Sequence record: MZ574431.2
DNA length: 64,000 nucleotides
Strand: one strand, 5' to 3'
Shown here: positions 43,294-54,090 of the stretch, one piece after another
How the letters are laid out: each line of letters starts with the position of its first letter
Position numbering within the stretch: position 1 is the stretch's first letter
Translations under genes and position numbers: made by a program
Notes under the pieces: generated by a model
What the model was told of the DNA's origin: nothing
Databases searched by the model: none
Seen by the model: the letters and a program-made list of their open reading frames with translations, nothing else

Positions 43294-46200
43294 TGGCCGA
43301 TCAGCTTTTTTCCTTCGCCACCGACCAAGTCGTCAACATCGGGGTCAGCTTCCTGTTCCCGAGCAAGGGTCCGCGCCTGAAGGACCTGAAGATGAGCGCC
43401 TCGACCTATGGCGCGGCGATCCCGATCGTCTTTGGCTCCACCCGCGTGCCGGGCAACATGATCTGGGGAACCGGGATCAAGGAGCACAAGCGCAAGAAGC
43501 TTTCGGTTGCAGGTAAGGGCGGCTTCTATCTGAAGTACACCTACACCGCATCGGTCGCCTTTGCCTTCTGCAAGGGGCCGATCACCTCGTTCCGGCGTAT
43601 CTGGGCCGACGGCAAGGTGATCTATGACAACACCGGCAAGTCCAAGGTCGCCAACAAGAAGAAGTACAAGTTCCGCTTTTACCTGGGCGACGAGGATCAG
43701 GTCCCCAACTCGACGATCGAGGCGGACAAGGGCGTGGGCAATGCCCCGGCCTATCGCGGCTTGGCCTACATGGTCATCGAGGACATGCCGCTTGAGGACT
43801 TCGGCAATCACATCCCTCAGATCACCGCCGAAGTCTACAACATGGAGCGCTTCACCGACACGCCCCAGGTGCCGGTGACGGCGCTCAAGGAAGATGGCAC
43901 GCCGCGTCCGCTCAGCTACCAGGGCAACTCGTTTTCTGCCGACACCACGCGCGGCTACTTCTACCTGACCGACCACGACTTCAAGCATACGGGCAAGACC
44001 GTCCTTCGCCGCTTCAACATGGAGACGGGCGACGAGGACATGGCCATCCAGCCTGAGTTCATGAACACCGCCGCCGGGGTCGGCATCTATGACGATCAGT
44101 CGCTGCTCTACCTGCACGGGGTGAAGCGCGACGGCACGCTGTTCGTCGCCAATGGCGGCCTCAACAACTACGTGGCTGCCTCGCTCATCGAGCCGCAGGG
44201 CTATAACACCATCGCTACCCAGGGCGTCAGCGACGCCTTTGGGCGATCGAACGCGGGCCTGGGCCTGGAAGCGGGCTACCCACCCACCGATGGTTCGGCC
44301 CGGACGACGGCCTATTCGATCACTGGCAATGGCCGCGAGATGTTCCTGTGGTGGGGCCTCTTTGGCGACGTCACCACCTTCGACGTCACCGACGTCAACC
44401 AGTTCCAGAGGACAGGCGGCACGACGTGGCCGGTTCGGTTCGGTTCGGTCTACAACGGCGCCTGCGTCTGCGGCTCCGAAGGGCTGGCCAGCAACCAGTT
44501 CTATGGAGCCCTCGGCGCTGAAAACCCGGACCAAGCGGCGGGCATCGGGCTCTACGACATCACGACCGGGGGTCCTGGCCGGCTGCTGGGCTTCCTGGAG
44601 CGAAAGATCGCAGGCCTGGGCCTGCTGCCGTACTGGATCATGTACGACGCCTATGATCCTGGCATCCTCATGGCCTACACCGAGGGCGATAGCTCGGTGT
44701 GGATGGCCAAGTTCTCCCTGACGAACATGGATTGGCGCTGGCGCAAGCGCGTGGCCTACGACGCCATCAGTCTCGATCCGCGCCTGGGCACGATCGTCAA
44801 CGGCGAGTATGCGTGGCTTCAATCCACGCCCTACGGTCCCACGGCCGTGGCGGTCTATGTGATCGATACCCTCACGGGCCAGTACATCCAGAAGACGGCC
44901 CTGCCGCCGGAACTGATCGATCCAGACGACGTCCAAAGCCCCTACGTGCCCGATGAGGATTATCACGGCATCCCGGTCGATCGTCCTGGCCTGACCGCGA
45001 CCGGCTCTCAATTCTTCAACACCCGCAACTTCAGCATCGTCTCGGTGCAGACCTTCGCCGGCGTCGGCGACAATCGCATCACCTTCCTGGGTCCCAAGAA
45101 TGGCTATTGCAGCCTGGGGTTCATCTGCGACCGCCTGCTGCGCATGGCGGGCCTGACCTCCAAGCAGATCGACATGTCGCGCCTGATGGACACGCCGGTC
45201 TTGGGCTATGGCTGGGCGCAGGCCACCGATCTCAAGTCGGTCCTCGACCAGTTGAAGATGATCTACCTCTTCGACATCGTCGAGAGCGACGGCAAGATGA
45301 CGGGCTTCCTGCGCACGGAAGGCTCCAACGAAGGCGCGCCCGTCGCCTTTATCAAGAAGGCCGCCCTGGGCTCGTCGAGCCCGGACGCGGTTGACTACTG
45401 GACTGAAACGCGCCTCCAGGAAGCCGAAATCCCGCAAAGAATTTCGCTCACCTACCTCAACTACGATCGCGACTACCAGGAGTCGGTCGCGATGTCGAAG
45501 CGCATCGTCAGCCCCTACGCCACGATGCAGTCCAACCAGTTGGTCGCCATCGAGGCCAATCTGATCCTCAAGCCGTCCGAGGCCAAGGAGCGTGTCAACC
45601 ACATGCTCTACGACCAGTGGAACGAGCGCACGCGGCACACCACCAACCTGCCCTGGGCCTACCTTGATCTTGATCCGTCGGACTGGATCGAGGTTCGCCT
45701 GGACGACGATCGGACCTATTCCGACCGCATCCAGCGCATGGAGGTTGGGGCCGACTTCGCGCTCTCGGTGGAGGCCTACGGACGTGACGGCGGCGCCTAC
45801 GAGCCGCAGGCCGTGGCGGCCGACGGGGGCACCAGCCCCACCCAGACGATCCACGATCCGGGGCAGTCCGCTCCGTTCGTCATCAACACCCCGCTGCTGC
45901 GCGACAGTGACGATAGCGGTGGCAACCTGAGCGTCTTCTACTATGGCGTCGGCAACAACACCTCCAAGGCGTTTGACGGCTCCAGCCTCTATCGTTCGCT
46001 GGACCAGATCAACTACGACGAACTCGACAATTTCGACAAGGACCTGGAATGGGGCGTGACGACCAACGTCCTGCCCAAGGCCCGTCACGGCCACTTCGCC
46101 CTCGACTGGGAAAGCCGCCTGACGATCCAGCCCTACGCCCTTTGGTTCGAGCTTGAGTCGATCACCGACGATGAACTCTGGGCCGGGCATAACGCCCTGC

Positions 46201-46883
46201 TCGTGGGCGACGAGATCATCCAGTTCCGCGACGCGGTCGAGAACCCCGACAAGACCTGGACGATCTGGAACCTGCTGCGCGGCCGGCGCGGCACCGAGTA
46301 CGCCACCCACACCCACAAGAAGGGTGATCGGGTCATCGTGCTCCAGAACGAAGGCACGCTGGAGAAGGCCGGCGAGACAATCGACGTCAACGGGCAGGTT
46401 CGCTACTACAAGGCCGTCTCTCGCGGGCAGGATTTTGGCGAGGGCCTGACCCAGACCCTCGTCTACCGCCCGCGCGACCTGATGCCCTACGCGCCCAAGG
46501 ACATCCGCCGGTCGATCAACGGCGACGGGACCATGACCTTCACCTGGAGACGCCGCACCCGGCTGGGCGGCGGCTTACAGGACTACACCGGAACCGTGCC
46601 GGTCAACGAGACGACCGAGCGCTACGAGGTCTACATCTACGTCAACACGACGCCTGCGGTCGACCTTTCCGCCGGGGTCGTCGATCCGTCCTATGTCACC
46701 AGGGCGGAGACCACGACCGACAGCTTCGTTTGGAGCTATGCCGACCTGAAAGACTGGATGTCACTTCCCGTGACATTTGACGTCAATCTTGACACGGTGA
46801 CCGTGGTGGTCTATCAAGTTTCATCCGCTGTTGGACGCGGATTCCCCGGCATGCGTGTGATCGAGCCCTGGCAGGACTTCTAG
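43293..46883 (+). CDS. Tail tip/host-specificity protein 2 (paralogue)
   Basis: Same motifs as 39688..43293; divergent central ~450 aa; TAATG coupling. Confidence 0.85.
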   Translation: MADQLFSFATDQVVNIGVSFLFPSKGPRLKDLKMSASTYGAAIPIVFGSTRVPGNMIWGTGIKEHKRKKLSVAGKGGFYLKYTYTASVAFAFCKGPITSFRRIWADGKVIYDNTGKSKVANKKKYKFRFYLGDEDQVPNSTIEADKGVGNAPAYRGLAYMVIEDMPLEDFGNHIPQITAEVYNMERFTDTPQVPVTALKEDGTPRPLSYQGNSFSADTTRGYFYLTDHDFKHTGKTVLRRFNMETGDEDMAIQPEFMNTAAGVGIYDDQSLLYLHGVKRDGTLFVANGGLNNYVAASLIEPQGYNTIATQGVSDAFGRSNAGLGLEAGYPPTDGSARTTAYSITGNGREMFLWWGLFGDVTTFDVTDVNQFQRTGGTTWPVRFGSVYNGACVCGSEGLASNQFYGALGAENPDQAAGIGLYDITTGGPGRLLGFLERKIAGLGLLPYWIMYDAYDPGILMAYTEGDSSVWMAKFSLTNMDWRWRKRVAYDAISLDPRLGTIVNGEYAWLQSTPYGPTAVAVYVIDTLTGQYIQKTALPPELIDPDDVQSPYVPDEDYHGIPVDRPGLTATGSQFFNTRNFSIVSVQTFAGVGDNRITFLGPKNGYCSLGFICDRLLRMAGLTSKQIDMSRLMDTPVLGYGWAQATDLKSVLDQLKMIYLFDIVESDGKMTGFLRTEGSNEGAPVAFIKKAALGSSSPDAVDYWTETRLQEAEIPQRISLTYLNYDRDYQESVAMSKRIVSPYATMQSNQLVAIEANLILKPSEAKERVNHMLYDQWNERTRHTTNLPWAYLDLDPSDWIEVRLDDDRTYSDRIQRMEVGADFALSVEAYGRDGGAYEPQAVAADGGTSPTQTIHDPGQSAPFVINTPLLRDSDDSGGNLSVFYYGVGNNTSKAFDGSSLYRSLDQINYDELDNFDKDLEWGVTTNVLPKARHGHFALDWESRLTIQPYALWFELESITDDELWAGHNALLVGDEIIQFRDAVENPDKTWTIWNLLRGRRGTEYATHTHKKGDRVIVLQNEGTLEKAGETIDVNGQVRYYKAVSRGQDFGEGLTQTLVYRPRDLMPYAPKDIRRSINGDGTMTFTWRRRTRLGGGLQDYTGTVPVNETTERYEVYIYVNTTPAVDLSAGVVDPSYVTRAETTTDSFVWSYADLKDWMSLPVTFDVNLDTVTVVVYQVSSAVGRGFPGMRVIEPWQDF

Positions 46884-46930
46884 TCCTGTCGCGACGTGCG
46901 CGTTAGCGCCCGCTTTTCTCCCTGGACAAT

Positions 46931-47761
46931 ATGGCCAATTCGCCCATCCTCAACCTGCCCCAGGTTGCGCCGAACCAAAATCAAAAGGAATCCACGATCA
47001 ACACCGCCCAGGGCATCCTGGAAGCGGCAGCGAACGATGGGATCAACCTTGCCGTCGCGGCCAACCGGACCCTGACCGCCGACGAGTACACCAGGGCCTT
47101 CATGCTGACCCTGACCGGGCTGGCCAGCCCGTTCACCGTGTCGGCGCCCAACACCAAGCGCTTCTTCGCGGTGAGCAACACCGGCGCCTCCAACGCGACC
47201 ATTAAGGTTAGCGGATCGTCCGGGGCGACGGTCGTGGTCGAACCGGGCAAGCGGACGCTGATCTACAGCAACGGCGTCGACATGGTCGCCATCAGTTCGG
47301 GCAACAGCAACCTGTCGGGCATGAGCGACACGGCCGGCGTCGACGACGCCAGCGATGGCCAAGCCCTGGTCTGGGACGCCTCGTCCTCGCGCTGGACCCC
47401 GGCGGACATGCCCTCGGACCACTCGATCACGAGCATCCCCAAGCCGACCAACGGCCAGACGCTCTACAAGTACGTCTTCACCCGCAACGAGCGCTTCTAC
47501 AGCGACTACTCTGGCTCCCAGGGCCATGCGGACGATACCGCCACCGCCACGACGGTCTTCAACGTCTATAAGAACACCACCCTGGTCGGCCACGTCACCT
47601 TCACCGCTGGCTCGGCCACGCCGACCTTCAGCACCGATCTTGGCTCAGGCTCCTCTTCGGTCACCTACGCGCCTGGAGACCGCATGACGGTCACCGGGCC
47701 GGCCGTCGCCGACGCCACCCTGGCGCGCCTCTCCTTCACCCTGCGGGCTGTGTACCTCTAA
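46931..47761 (+). CDS. Tail fibre-associated protein (DUF2793-like N-terminus)
   Basis: LNLPQVAPNQNQKESTINTA N-terminus shared with next gene. Confidence 0.75.
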   Translation: MANSPILNLPQVAPNQNQKESTINTAQGILEAAANDGINLAVAANRTLTADEYTRAFMLTLTGLASPFTVSAPNTKRFFAVSNTGASNATIKVSGSSGATVVVEPGKRTLIYSNGVDMVAISSGNSNLSGMSDTAGVDDASDGQALVWDASSSRWTPADMPSDHSITSIPKPTNGQTLYKYVFTRNERFYSDYSGSQGHADDTATATTVFNVYKNTTLVGHVTFTAGSATPTFSTDLGSGSSSVTYAPGDRMTVTGPAVADATLARLSFTLRAVYL

Positions 47762-47762
47762 G

Positions 47763-50700
47763 ATGACCGACTACACGCCCATGCTCCACCTGCCCCTGGT
47801 TGCCCCCAACCAGGACCAGAAGGAAGCCACGATCAACACCGCCCTCGCCATCCTTGAGGCGGCGAACAACGACACGCTCCAGGTGTCGCTGTCTGCGGGC
47901 GACGTGACGCTGAACACCGATCAGTTCACCAAGTATTTCCACCACCAGTTCTACGGCCACACCACGGCGCGCAGCGTCACCCTGCCCGACACCAATCGCT
48001 GGTTCGCGGTGGAAAACCAGGGCACGGCCACCATCACCTTCGTGATCAGCGGGTCCTCGGGCCTCTCGGCGGAGCTTGCCTCGGGCAAGATCGGTCTGGT
48101 CGTGTCCGACGGCACGGACCTGCGTTTTGTCGTCCCCGATCCGACCAGCGGGCTTGGCCTGCTGTCTGACCTCTCCGATGTCGACGGCGGCCAGACCGAC
48201 GGCCAGCTTCTGCGCTGGTCCAATGCCGAGAGCGCCTGGAAGCCGTGGACGCTCGACTTCTCGTTCCTGAACCTCAACGACACGCCCACCACCTACGTGT
48301 CCAACATCGGCAAGCTGGTGGCGGTCAAGTCCGACGGCACCGGCCTGGAGTTCGTCTCCTCGGCCGCCAACGTCAATTCGTTCGTCGACCTGGACGACAC
48401 GCCCGACGGCTATGCGGGCTATGCCAACCGCACCGTCAAGGTCAACGGCGCCGCCAATAGCCTGATCTTCGATTGGCCTAAGCTGACGGAAGCCTCCGAC
48501 TTCCCGTCGTCCTACGCCGGCGCGGCCAACAAGTTCCTGCGCGTCAACGCCGGTACGAACGCCGTGGAATTCCATGCGCCGGTCGTGGCCGACCTTTCCG
48601 ACGGGCCGGGCGCGCCCACGGGCAACGCCCTGAAGTACCTGCGCGTCAAGGCTGACGGGACCGGCGTCGAATACGCCACGGGCACCGGCGGCCCGGACGA
48701 CTTCCTCGAATTGCTCGACACCCCCGACAGCTACGCGGGCAAGGGTCTCTACTTCGTGCGGGTCAAGTCCGACCTCTCGGGCCTGGACTTCCTGCGCGCC
48801 AGCTTCACCGACCTGATCGACGTGCCCAGCACCTATTCGGGGCAGGGCGGCAAGTACGTCAAGGTCAATGGTGGCGGGACGGGCTTGACCTTTTCGGCGC
48901 CGACAGTGCAGGAACTGTCCAACGGGCCGGGCAATCCGGCAGGTCAGGCCAACAAGGTTGTGCGCGTCAAGTCCGACGGCACCGCCCTTGAGTACGCGAC
49001 CTTGCCGATCACCACGCTCTCGGGCTTCCCGTCGAGCTTCGCGGGCCAGGGCGGCAAGTACCTCCAGGTCAAGGGCGACGAGACTGGCGTCCAGTTCGTC
49101 ACCTCCTCCTATACGACCAACTTCCTGGCCCTGACCGACACGCCGAGCAGCTACGTCGGGCAAGCTAACAAGCTGATCGCCGTCGACCCGACGGGCACGG
49201 GCCTGATCTTCGTCTCGCCGTCCAGCGGCGGGGCGACGAAGCTCGATGATCTCAACGACGTGGAGTTCCCGACCGGCACGCCGGCCGATGGCATGGTGCT
49301 GACCTTCCGGGGCGGTATGTGGTCGCCGGAGGTCTCCGCTGGAGGTTCCGATGGAACCCTGGCCGGCTTGACCGACGTGGCCCTGACCACGCCTGAGGAG
49401 GGTCAGGCGCTCGTCTATCGAAGCGGCGCCTGGACCAACGAGGACCAAAGCTCCACCGCGATCGGCGTGCCCTCGTACGGCGCGCATGCTTATTGGCGCC
49501 TGCTGCTGCACACGACGGATGGATCGACCATCCAGTACGGCATCCAGGAAATCCAGTTCAAGGCGACGCGCGACGGCCCTGATCTGGCCAACGGCGGCAC
49601 CGCCTCGGCCAGCACCGACGAATTCGGCACCGTCACGGGCGCGTTCGACAACATCATCAGTGGCGCATGGTTCTCGACCACCGCCGCCGATGGTGAGTGG
49701 ATCAAGTACCATTTCACCGCGCCGGCCGGCGTGCGCTATGTCACGATCCAAGGCTCGCAGTCCCAGCCGTCGACGTCGCCGGCCTCGTTCTCGGTTCAGT
49801 ACAGCGACGACGACGCCGAATGGACCACGGCCTGGGAAGTCATCGGTCAGACCGGCTGGGCGCCGGGCCAGACGCGCATGTTCCATGGTCCGATGGACCT
49901 CTTCTTCACCGATCTGGCCGACGCGCCCCAGTCCTATGTCGGGCAAGCGGGCAAGTCGCTGCGGGTCAACACCGGCGGCACCGCCCTGGAGTTCTTCACC
50001 CTGCCCTTCGTGCCGGTGTCGATCGGCGATCTGGCTGACGTGGAGATGGGCACGGGCACGCCGGCCAACGGCTCGGTCCTGACCTGGAAGGACGGCGTCT
50101 GGCAGGCGGAGCCAAACACCGGTGGTGGAGGCGGCGGCGGCGCGAGTTCCTTCCTGGGCCTCAACGACACACCCGACAGCTACGTCGGCGAGGGTGGTAA
50201 TGCCATCCGTGTCAAGATGACCGAAGATGGTTTGGAATTCTACACCGCCGGGACCGGAGGGGGTGGAGGCGGTAGCTGGCGCGGCGGCTGGGCGGCGGGC
50301 GCCGAGCAGGTCTTCATCGATTTCGAATCGGGTAGCCTCAATCCGGCGTTCACCTACGATGCGTCGGGCTTTGCCGTCGTTGTCCAGCCCGATACCTTGG
50401 CGGGCACGACCAATGCACTGAAGTTCCGTCCGATTGGCAATGGCGCGACCTGCTACTGCGAACTGCCGATCACGGACGTTCTCAGCGTCTCAAGCCTGAA
50501 GGTGCGCTACAAGGTCTCTTCCGAAGGCCCAGACTTTTTCCGCGTCTTGCAGGACGGGTCGCAGGTTCACCAGGACAGCGGCAACACCGGTCTTTACGAA
50601 GAATTCTCGCTGGCCACGACGGGTGACCACACCCTGCGATTCTCCTATACCAAGGACGGATCGCTCGCGGTTGGCGACGACACCGTCTATATCTCGCAGA

Positions 50701-52613
50701 TCACCTACTACAAGACCCTGGATAATCCGTACGTCTATGGCGATACGGTCACCTACCAGGGCGCCTATTGGCTGTGCCGCCAAGCAGGTACGTCCGAAGC
50801 CCCCGGCGCTGGCGATGACTGGATCAAGCTGCCCGAGACCTTGGCGTTGCTCAAGGACATCGACTTTTCGACTCCTCCGTCGGACGGTCAGGCGCTCGTC
50901 TATGATGGCGCCTCCAACAAGTTCAAGGCCGCAGACGTCGCGGGTGGCACAAGCGGCGGCAACAGATACAACATCGGCGTGACCCCGCGCACGCGCCTGC
51001 ACCGCGCCGCTGTTCAGTCGATCCCGACCTCGACCTGGACGGCCGTCCAATGGGATACCGAAACCGAGGACGCGGTCAACGCTTTCGTCTCCGGCGCCAA
51101 CACCCGCGTCACCATCCCCGTGGGTGTAAAGGCCGCCCGCGTGACGGCCTACGCCAACTGGGTCACCTCGGTTGATGCTGCGAACGTCGGTATGGCCCTT
51201 CGCCGCAACGGCGTTGAGATCGGCTCGACTGGCGGTTCGCCGATCGCGGCCTCGCGCCCAGGTCAGTACCAGTCTCATCTGAACTTCACCTCGGAGTGGT
51301 TCACGGTCACCGCCGGTGACTACTACGAGATGTTCGTCTTCCAAAATTCCGGCTCAAGCCAGGACCTGAACGGTCCGGTCACCAACTTTGGCGAGAACAC
51401 CTATCTCCAGTTCGAATGGGACGAAGGGGTGCCGGTCTCGTCGATCGAAGCTGGCGACTTCCACGCCCCGCACCAGGGCTGGAGAATGTTGGTTCTGGAC
51501 AGCCAGACGGGCACCTACGCCACGATCACGGAGTTGAAGTTCTACGACCGCAGTGGCGTGCAGATCGCCACGACGGGTGGCAAGCTGTTCGACACCAATT
51601 CCCACCCCAGCTACCCGGTGCAGCAAGCGTTCGATGGCTCGACCACCTACTGGTCGTCGTCCCAGACGACCTCGACCGGTCAACTTGCCGGCCCTGGCTA
51701 CATCTTCGCCGCGCCTGTCGATGTCGGTTCGGTCAAGGTCACCTCGCCCAGCACCGACTTCAACGCCACCAACTCGCCCAAGAACTTCGTCATCCAGTAC
51801 AGCGACGACGCCGGCGCCACGTGGCTGACCTTCGCCATGTTCACCAACCAGACCGCCTGGGGTGATCGCGAAGAACGCACCTTTGTCCTGCCGACGAGTG
51901 GTGTCGCCCGCGTCGGGGGCGCCCGTACACTCGACGAACTCAACGACGTCGCGATCGGCGTGCCCAAGCATGGGGACCTGCTGACCTACGATGGCGCGAC
52001 CTCGACCTGGAAGCAGAAGACCCGCTGGGGCTATGCTCCGCCTAAGGCGGCAGACTTCCCGACGGCCGTGGGCGCGGTCGCCCTGACCCTGTCGGATGAC
52101 GATGAAGCTGGGTTGATGATCGACTGCGGCGCCAGCGCCACCTCGGACATTCAGCGCGGCGTTTTCAAAAGCCTGCCGACGGGTGACTGGTCCGTTACGG
52201 CCAAGATCATCGATCATCTGGCGCCGGTCTACTATAACGCCGTCGGGATCATGCTGCGCGAGTCGGCCACCGGCAAGCTCGTACTGCTGGGCTGCGAGGT
52301 CGCCGGATCGAGCTTCACAGTTCCGATGCGCCAAGTGCGTTACTCGCGACTGCCGGGCCTGTCCGGCTTCACGGCCAATGACTATGGCCGTCCCTCCCCG
52401 TCGATCCCGCAATGGTATCGGATTTCCTTGACGGGCAGCACCCTGAAGGCAGAAGTCTCGGCCGACGGGAAGTTCTGGCGCACCATCGTCACGCAGGCTG
52501 TGACGACCGGGTTCACGACCAAGCCTGACCAGATCGGTCTGGGCTGTTCGCTGAACTATACCGATACCCAGAGCGCCATGCTCTCGGTTCCCTACTGGAA
52601 CCAGTCCTTCTAA
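47763..52613 (+). CDS. Tail fibre / receptor-binding protein (1616 aa)
   Basis: DUF2793-like N-terminus; ~10 DxPxSYxGxxxKxxxVxxxGTGLEF repeats; LxDLxDV motifs; two galactose-binding/discoidin-like modules; C-terminal lectin-like domain. Confidence 0.85.
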   Translation: MTDYTPMLHLPLVAPNQDQKEATINTALAILEAANNDTLQVSLSAGDVTLNTDQFTKYFHHQFYGHTTARSVTLPDTNRWFAVENQGTATITFVISGSSGLSAELASGKIGLVVSDGTDLRFVVPDPTSGLGLLSDLSDVDGGQTDGQLLRWSNAESAWKPWTLDFSFLNLNDTPTTYVSNIGKLVAVKSDGTGLEFVSSAANVNSFVDLDDTPDGYAGYANRTVKVNGAANSLIFDWPKLTEASDFPSSYAGAANKFLRVNAGTNAVEFHAPVVADLSDGPGAPTGNALKYLRVKADGTGVEYATGTGGPDDFLELLDTPDSYAGKGLYFVRVKSDLSGLDFLRASFTDLIDVPSTYSGQGGKYVKVNGGGTGLTFSAPTVQELSNGPGNPAGQANKVVRVKSDGTALEYATLPITTLSGFPSSFAGQGGKYLQVKGDETGVQFVTSSYTTNFLALTDTPSSYVGQANKLIAVDPTGTGLIFVSPSSGGATKLDDLNDVEFPTGTPADGMVLTFRGGMWSPEVSAGGSDGTLAGLTDVALTTPEEGQALVYRSGAWTNEDQSSTAIGVPSYGAHAYWRLLLHTTDGSTIQYGIQEIQFKATRDGPDLANGGTASASTDEFGTVTGAFDNIISGAWFSTTAADGEWIKYHFTAPAGVRYVTIQGSQSQPSTSPASFSVQYSDDDAEWTTAWEVIGQTGWAPGQTRMFHGPMDLFFTDLADAPQSYVGQAGKSLRVNTGGTALEFFTLPFVPVSIGDLADVEMGTGTPANGSVLTWKDGVWQAEPNTGGGGGGGASSFLGLNDTPDSYVGEGGNAIRVKMTEDGLEFYTAGTGGGGGGSWRGGWAAGAEQVFIDFESGSLNPAFTYDASGFAVVVQPDTLAGTTNALKFRPIGNGATCYCELPITDVLSVSSLKVRYKVSSEGPDFFRVLQDGSQVHQDSGNTGLYEEFSLATTGDHTLRFSYTKDGSLAVGDDTVYISQITYYKTLDNPYVYGDTVTYQGAYWLCRQAGTSEAPGAGDDWIKLPETLALLKDIDFSTPPSDGQALVYDGASNKFKAADVAGGTSGGNRYNIGVTPRTRLHRAAVQSIPTSTWTAVQWDTETEDAVNAFVSGANTRVTIPVGVKAARVTAYANWVTSVDAANVGMALRRNGVEIGSTGGSPIAASRPGQYQSHLNFTSEWFTVTAGDYYEMFVFQNSGSSQDLNGPVTNFGENTYLQFEWDEGVPVSSIEAGDFHAPHQGWRMLVLDSQTGTYATITELKFYDRSGVQIATTGGKLFDTNSHPSYPVQQAFDGSTTYWSSSQTTSTGQLAGPGYIFAAPVDVGSVKVTSPSTDFNATNSPKNFVIQYSDDAGATWLTFAMFTNQTAWGDREERTFVLPTSGVARVGGARTLDELNDVAIGVPKHGDLLTYDGATSTWKQKTRWGYAPPKAADFPTAVGAVALTLSDDDEAGLMIDCGASATSDIQRGVFKSLPTGDWSVTAKIIDHLAPVYYNAVGIMLRESATGKLVLLGCEVAGSSFTVPMRQVRYSRLPGLSGFTANDYGRPSPSIPQWYRISLTGSTLKAEVSADGKFWRTIVTQAVTTGFTTKPDQIGLGCSLNYTDTQSAMLSVPYWNQSF

Positions 52614-52628
52614 AACCCCGAGTAGCTT

Positions 52629-53273
52629 ATGCGTCATTACTGGAAGGTCCCCCGGCTTTGGGCCGGGGAGACCTGCGTCATCATTGGCGGCGGCCCCAGC
52701 GTCGCCGATGTCGATCTCTCCCAGATCAAGGGCCGCGCCCGTGTGATCACCCTCAACAACGCTTGGGAACTGGTCCCTTTCAACGACATCCAGTTCTTCG
52801 CCGACACCCGCTGGTGGCGCTGGCATGGCGACAAATTCCCGGCTGATTATCCGGCTCGGATCGTCACGGTCTCCAAGGGCGACTTGCCCAACGGCGAGCG
52901 GGTCTTCCGGCTGCGCAAGGAGCATGAGGGCGGCATCTGCACCGATCCGCAGGCTGTGTTCGGCCGCGACAGCGGGCTGATGGCGATGAACCTTGCCTTC
53001 AATCTCGGGGTGGGGCGCATCGTCCTGATCGGCTATGACATGCGCTTCACGGGCGGCCAAGGGCACTGGCACGAGGATCACCCGATCCCCGGCAAGGAAA
53101 GCTACTATACCGACGACTTCGCGCCGCTCTATCCGCCGGCGGTCGCCAAGATGCAGCAAGTGGGCGTCGAGGTGCTGCGCGTGACGCCCTCGGCCCTTGA
53201 CTTCATCCCCCAGGTCACGCTCGAAGACGCACTCTCGCGCCCACCGCGCCACCGAAGCGATCTCTATGCCTAG
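52629..53273 (+). CDS. DUF115/sialyltransferase-like glycosyltransferase
   Basis: CVIIGGGPS...VITLNN...FFAD...IVLIGYDM..GHWH pattern. Confidence 0.6.
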   Translation: MRHYWKVPRLWAGETCVIIGGGPSVADVDLSQIKGRARVITLNNAWELVPFNDIQFFADTRWWRWHGDKFPADYPARIVTVSKGDLPNGERVFRLRKEHEGGICTDPQAVFGRDSGLMAMNLAFNLGVGRIVLIGYDMRFTGGQGHWHEDHPIPGKESYYTDDFAPLYPPAVAKMQQVGVEVLRVTPSALDFIPQVTLEDALSRPPRHRSDLYA

Positions 53274-54090
53274 AGCCTATGTCGATCTCAAGGACACGCC
53301 CCACTATCGGCTGACGAGTTTCATCAACGGCTTTGCGCGCCTGGGCTTCTTGGTGCGACGCGGAGCGCCCGACCAGCCGCTGGGTCCCGACGACGCGGTC
53401 GTGGTCTGGAACCGGATGGGGCGCTCGCTGAAGGCCGAAACCATGGCCAGGGAAGGTGGAGCGGCGCTGATCGTCGCCGAGAACGGCTACCATGGCAAGG
53501 ACGCCGACGGCATCCAAAGCTATGCCCTGGCGCTGGATGGCCACAATGGCTCGGGCCGTTGGTTCGTCGGCGACGACGAGCGCCTGAAGGCCTTGCGCAT
53601 CGATTTCAAGCCCTGGCGCGTGCAGCAGACCGGCAAGTTCCTGATCGCCGCCCAGCGCGGGATTGGCTCACCCTTGATGCGTTCTCCGCCGCACTTCGCC
53701 GAACGGCTGGTCGAGCGGGTGGAAGCCCAGGGCATGCGCGCCTATATCCGCCCCCATCCAGGTCAGCACACGCCGCCAACGACCCTGCTCCAGGACCTGG
53801 AGGACAAAGAGGGCCTGCTGGTCTGGTCCTCGAACGCGGCGACCCAGGCATTGATCCACGGTGTGCCTGTTCATTACATGGCGCCGTCGATCGTGACGCG
53901 AGGCGCGGCCAAGCGCTTGACAACTCCTTTCTTGTGGAATAGCTCTGCGGATGCTCGCCCGGAGGCTTTCCAGCGGATGGCGTGGGCGCAGTGGTTCTTG
54001 AGCGAGATCGCTTCTGGCGAAGCGCTCAGAACCTTACTCGACGTCCACCAGGGCAAGCTGCCCTCCGTCCAAGAAGGATTTGGTATTTGA
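53266..54090 (+). CDS. Capsule-synthesis-like GT-B glycosyltransferase 1 (274 aa)
   Basis: YIRPHP...LLVWSSNAATQALIHGVPV C-terminal motif. Confidence 0.65.
   Translation: MPRAYVDLKDTPHYRLTSFINGFARLGFLVRRGAPDQPLGPDDAVVVWNRMGRSLKAETMAREGGAALIVAENGYHGKDADGIQSYALALDGHNGSGRWFVGDDERLKALRIDFKPWRVQQTGKFLIAAQRGIGSPLMRSPPHFAERLVERVEAQGMRAYIRPHPGQHTPPTTLLQDLEDKEGLLVWSSNAATQALIHGVPVHYMAPSIVTRGAAKRLTTPFLWNSSADARPEAFQRMAWAQWFLSEIASGEALRTLLDVHQGKLPSVQEGFGI

Noticed and set aside
30380-46316. Very long minus-strand ORFs (e.g. 30380..33523, 33605..36811, 39235..42180, 43290..46316)
   Set aside because: Antisense shadows of GC3-biased plus-strand genes; no RBS, no recognisable motifs.
47763-52613. Diversity-generating retroelement or invertible tail-fibre cassette
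   Set aside because: No reverse transcriptase, recombinase, template/variable repeat pair or inverted crossover sites seen.
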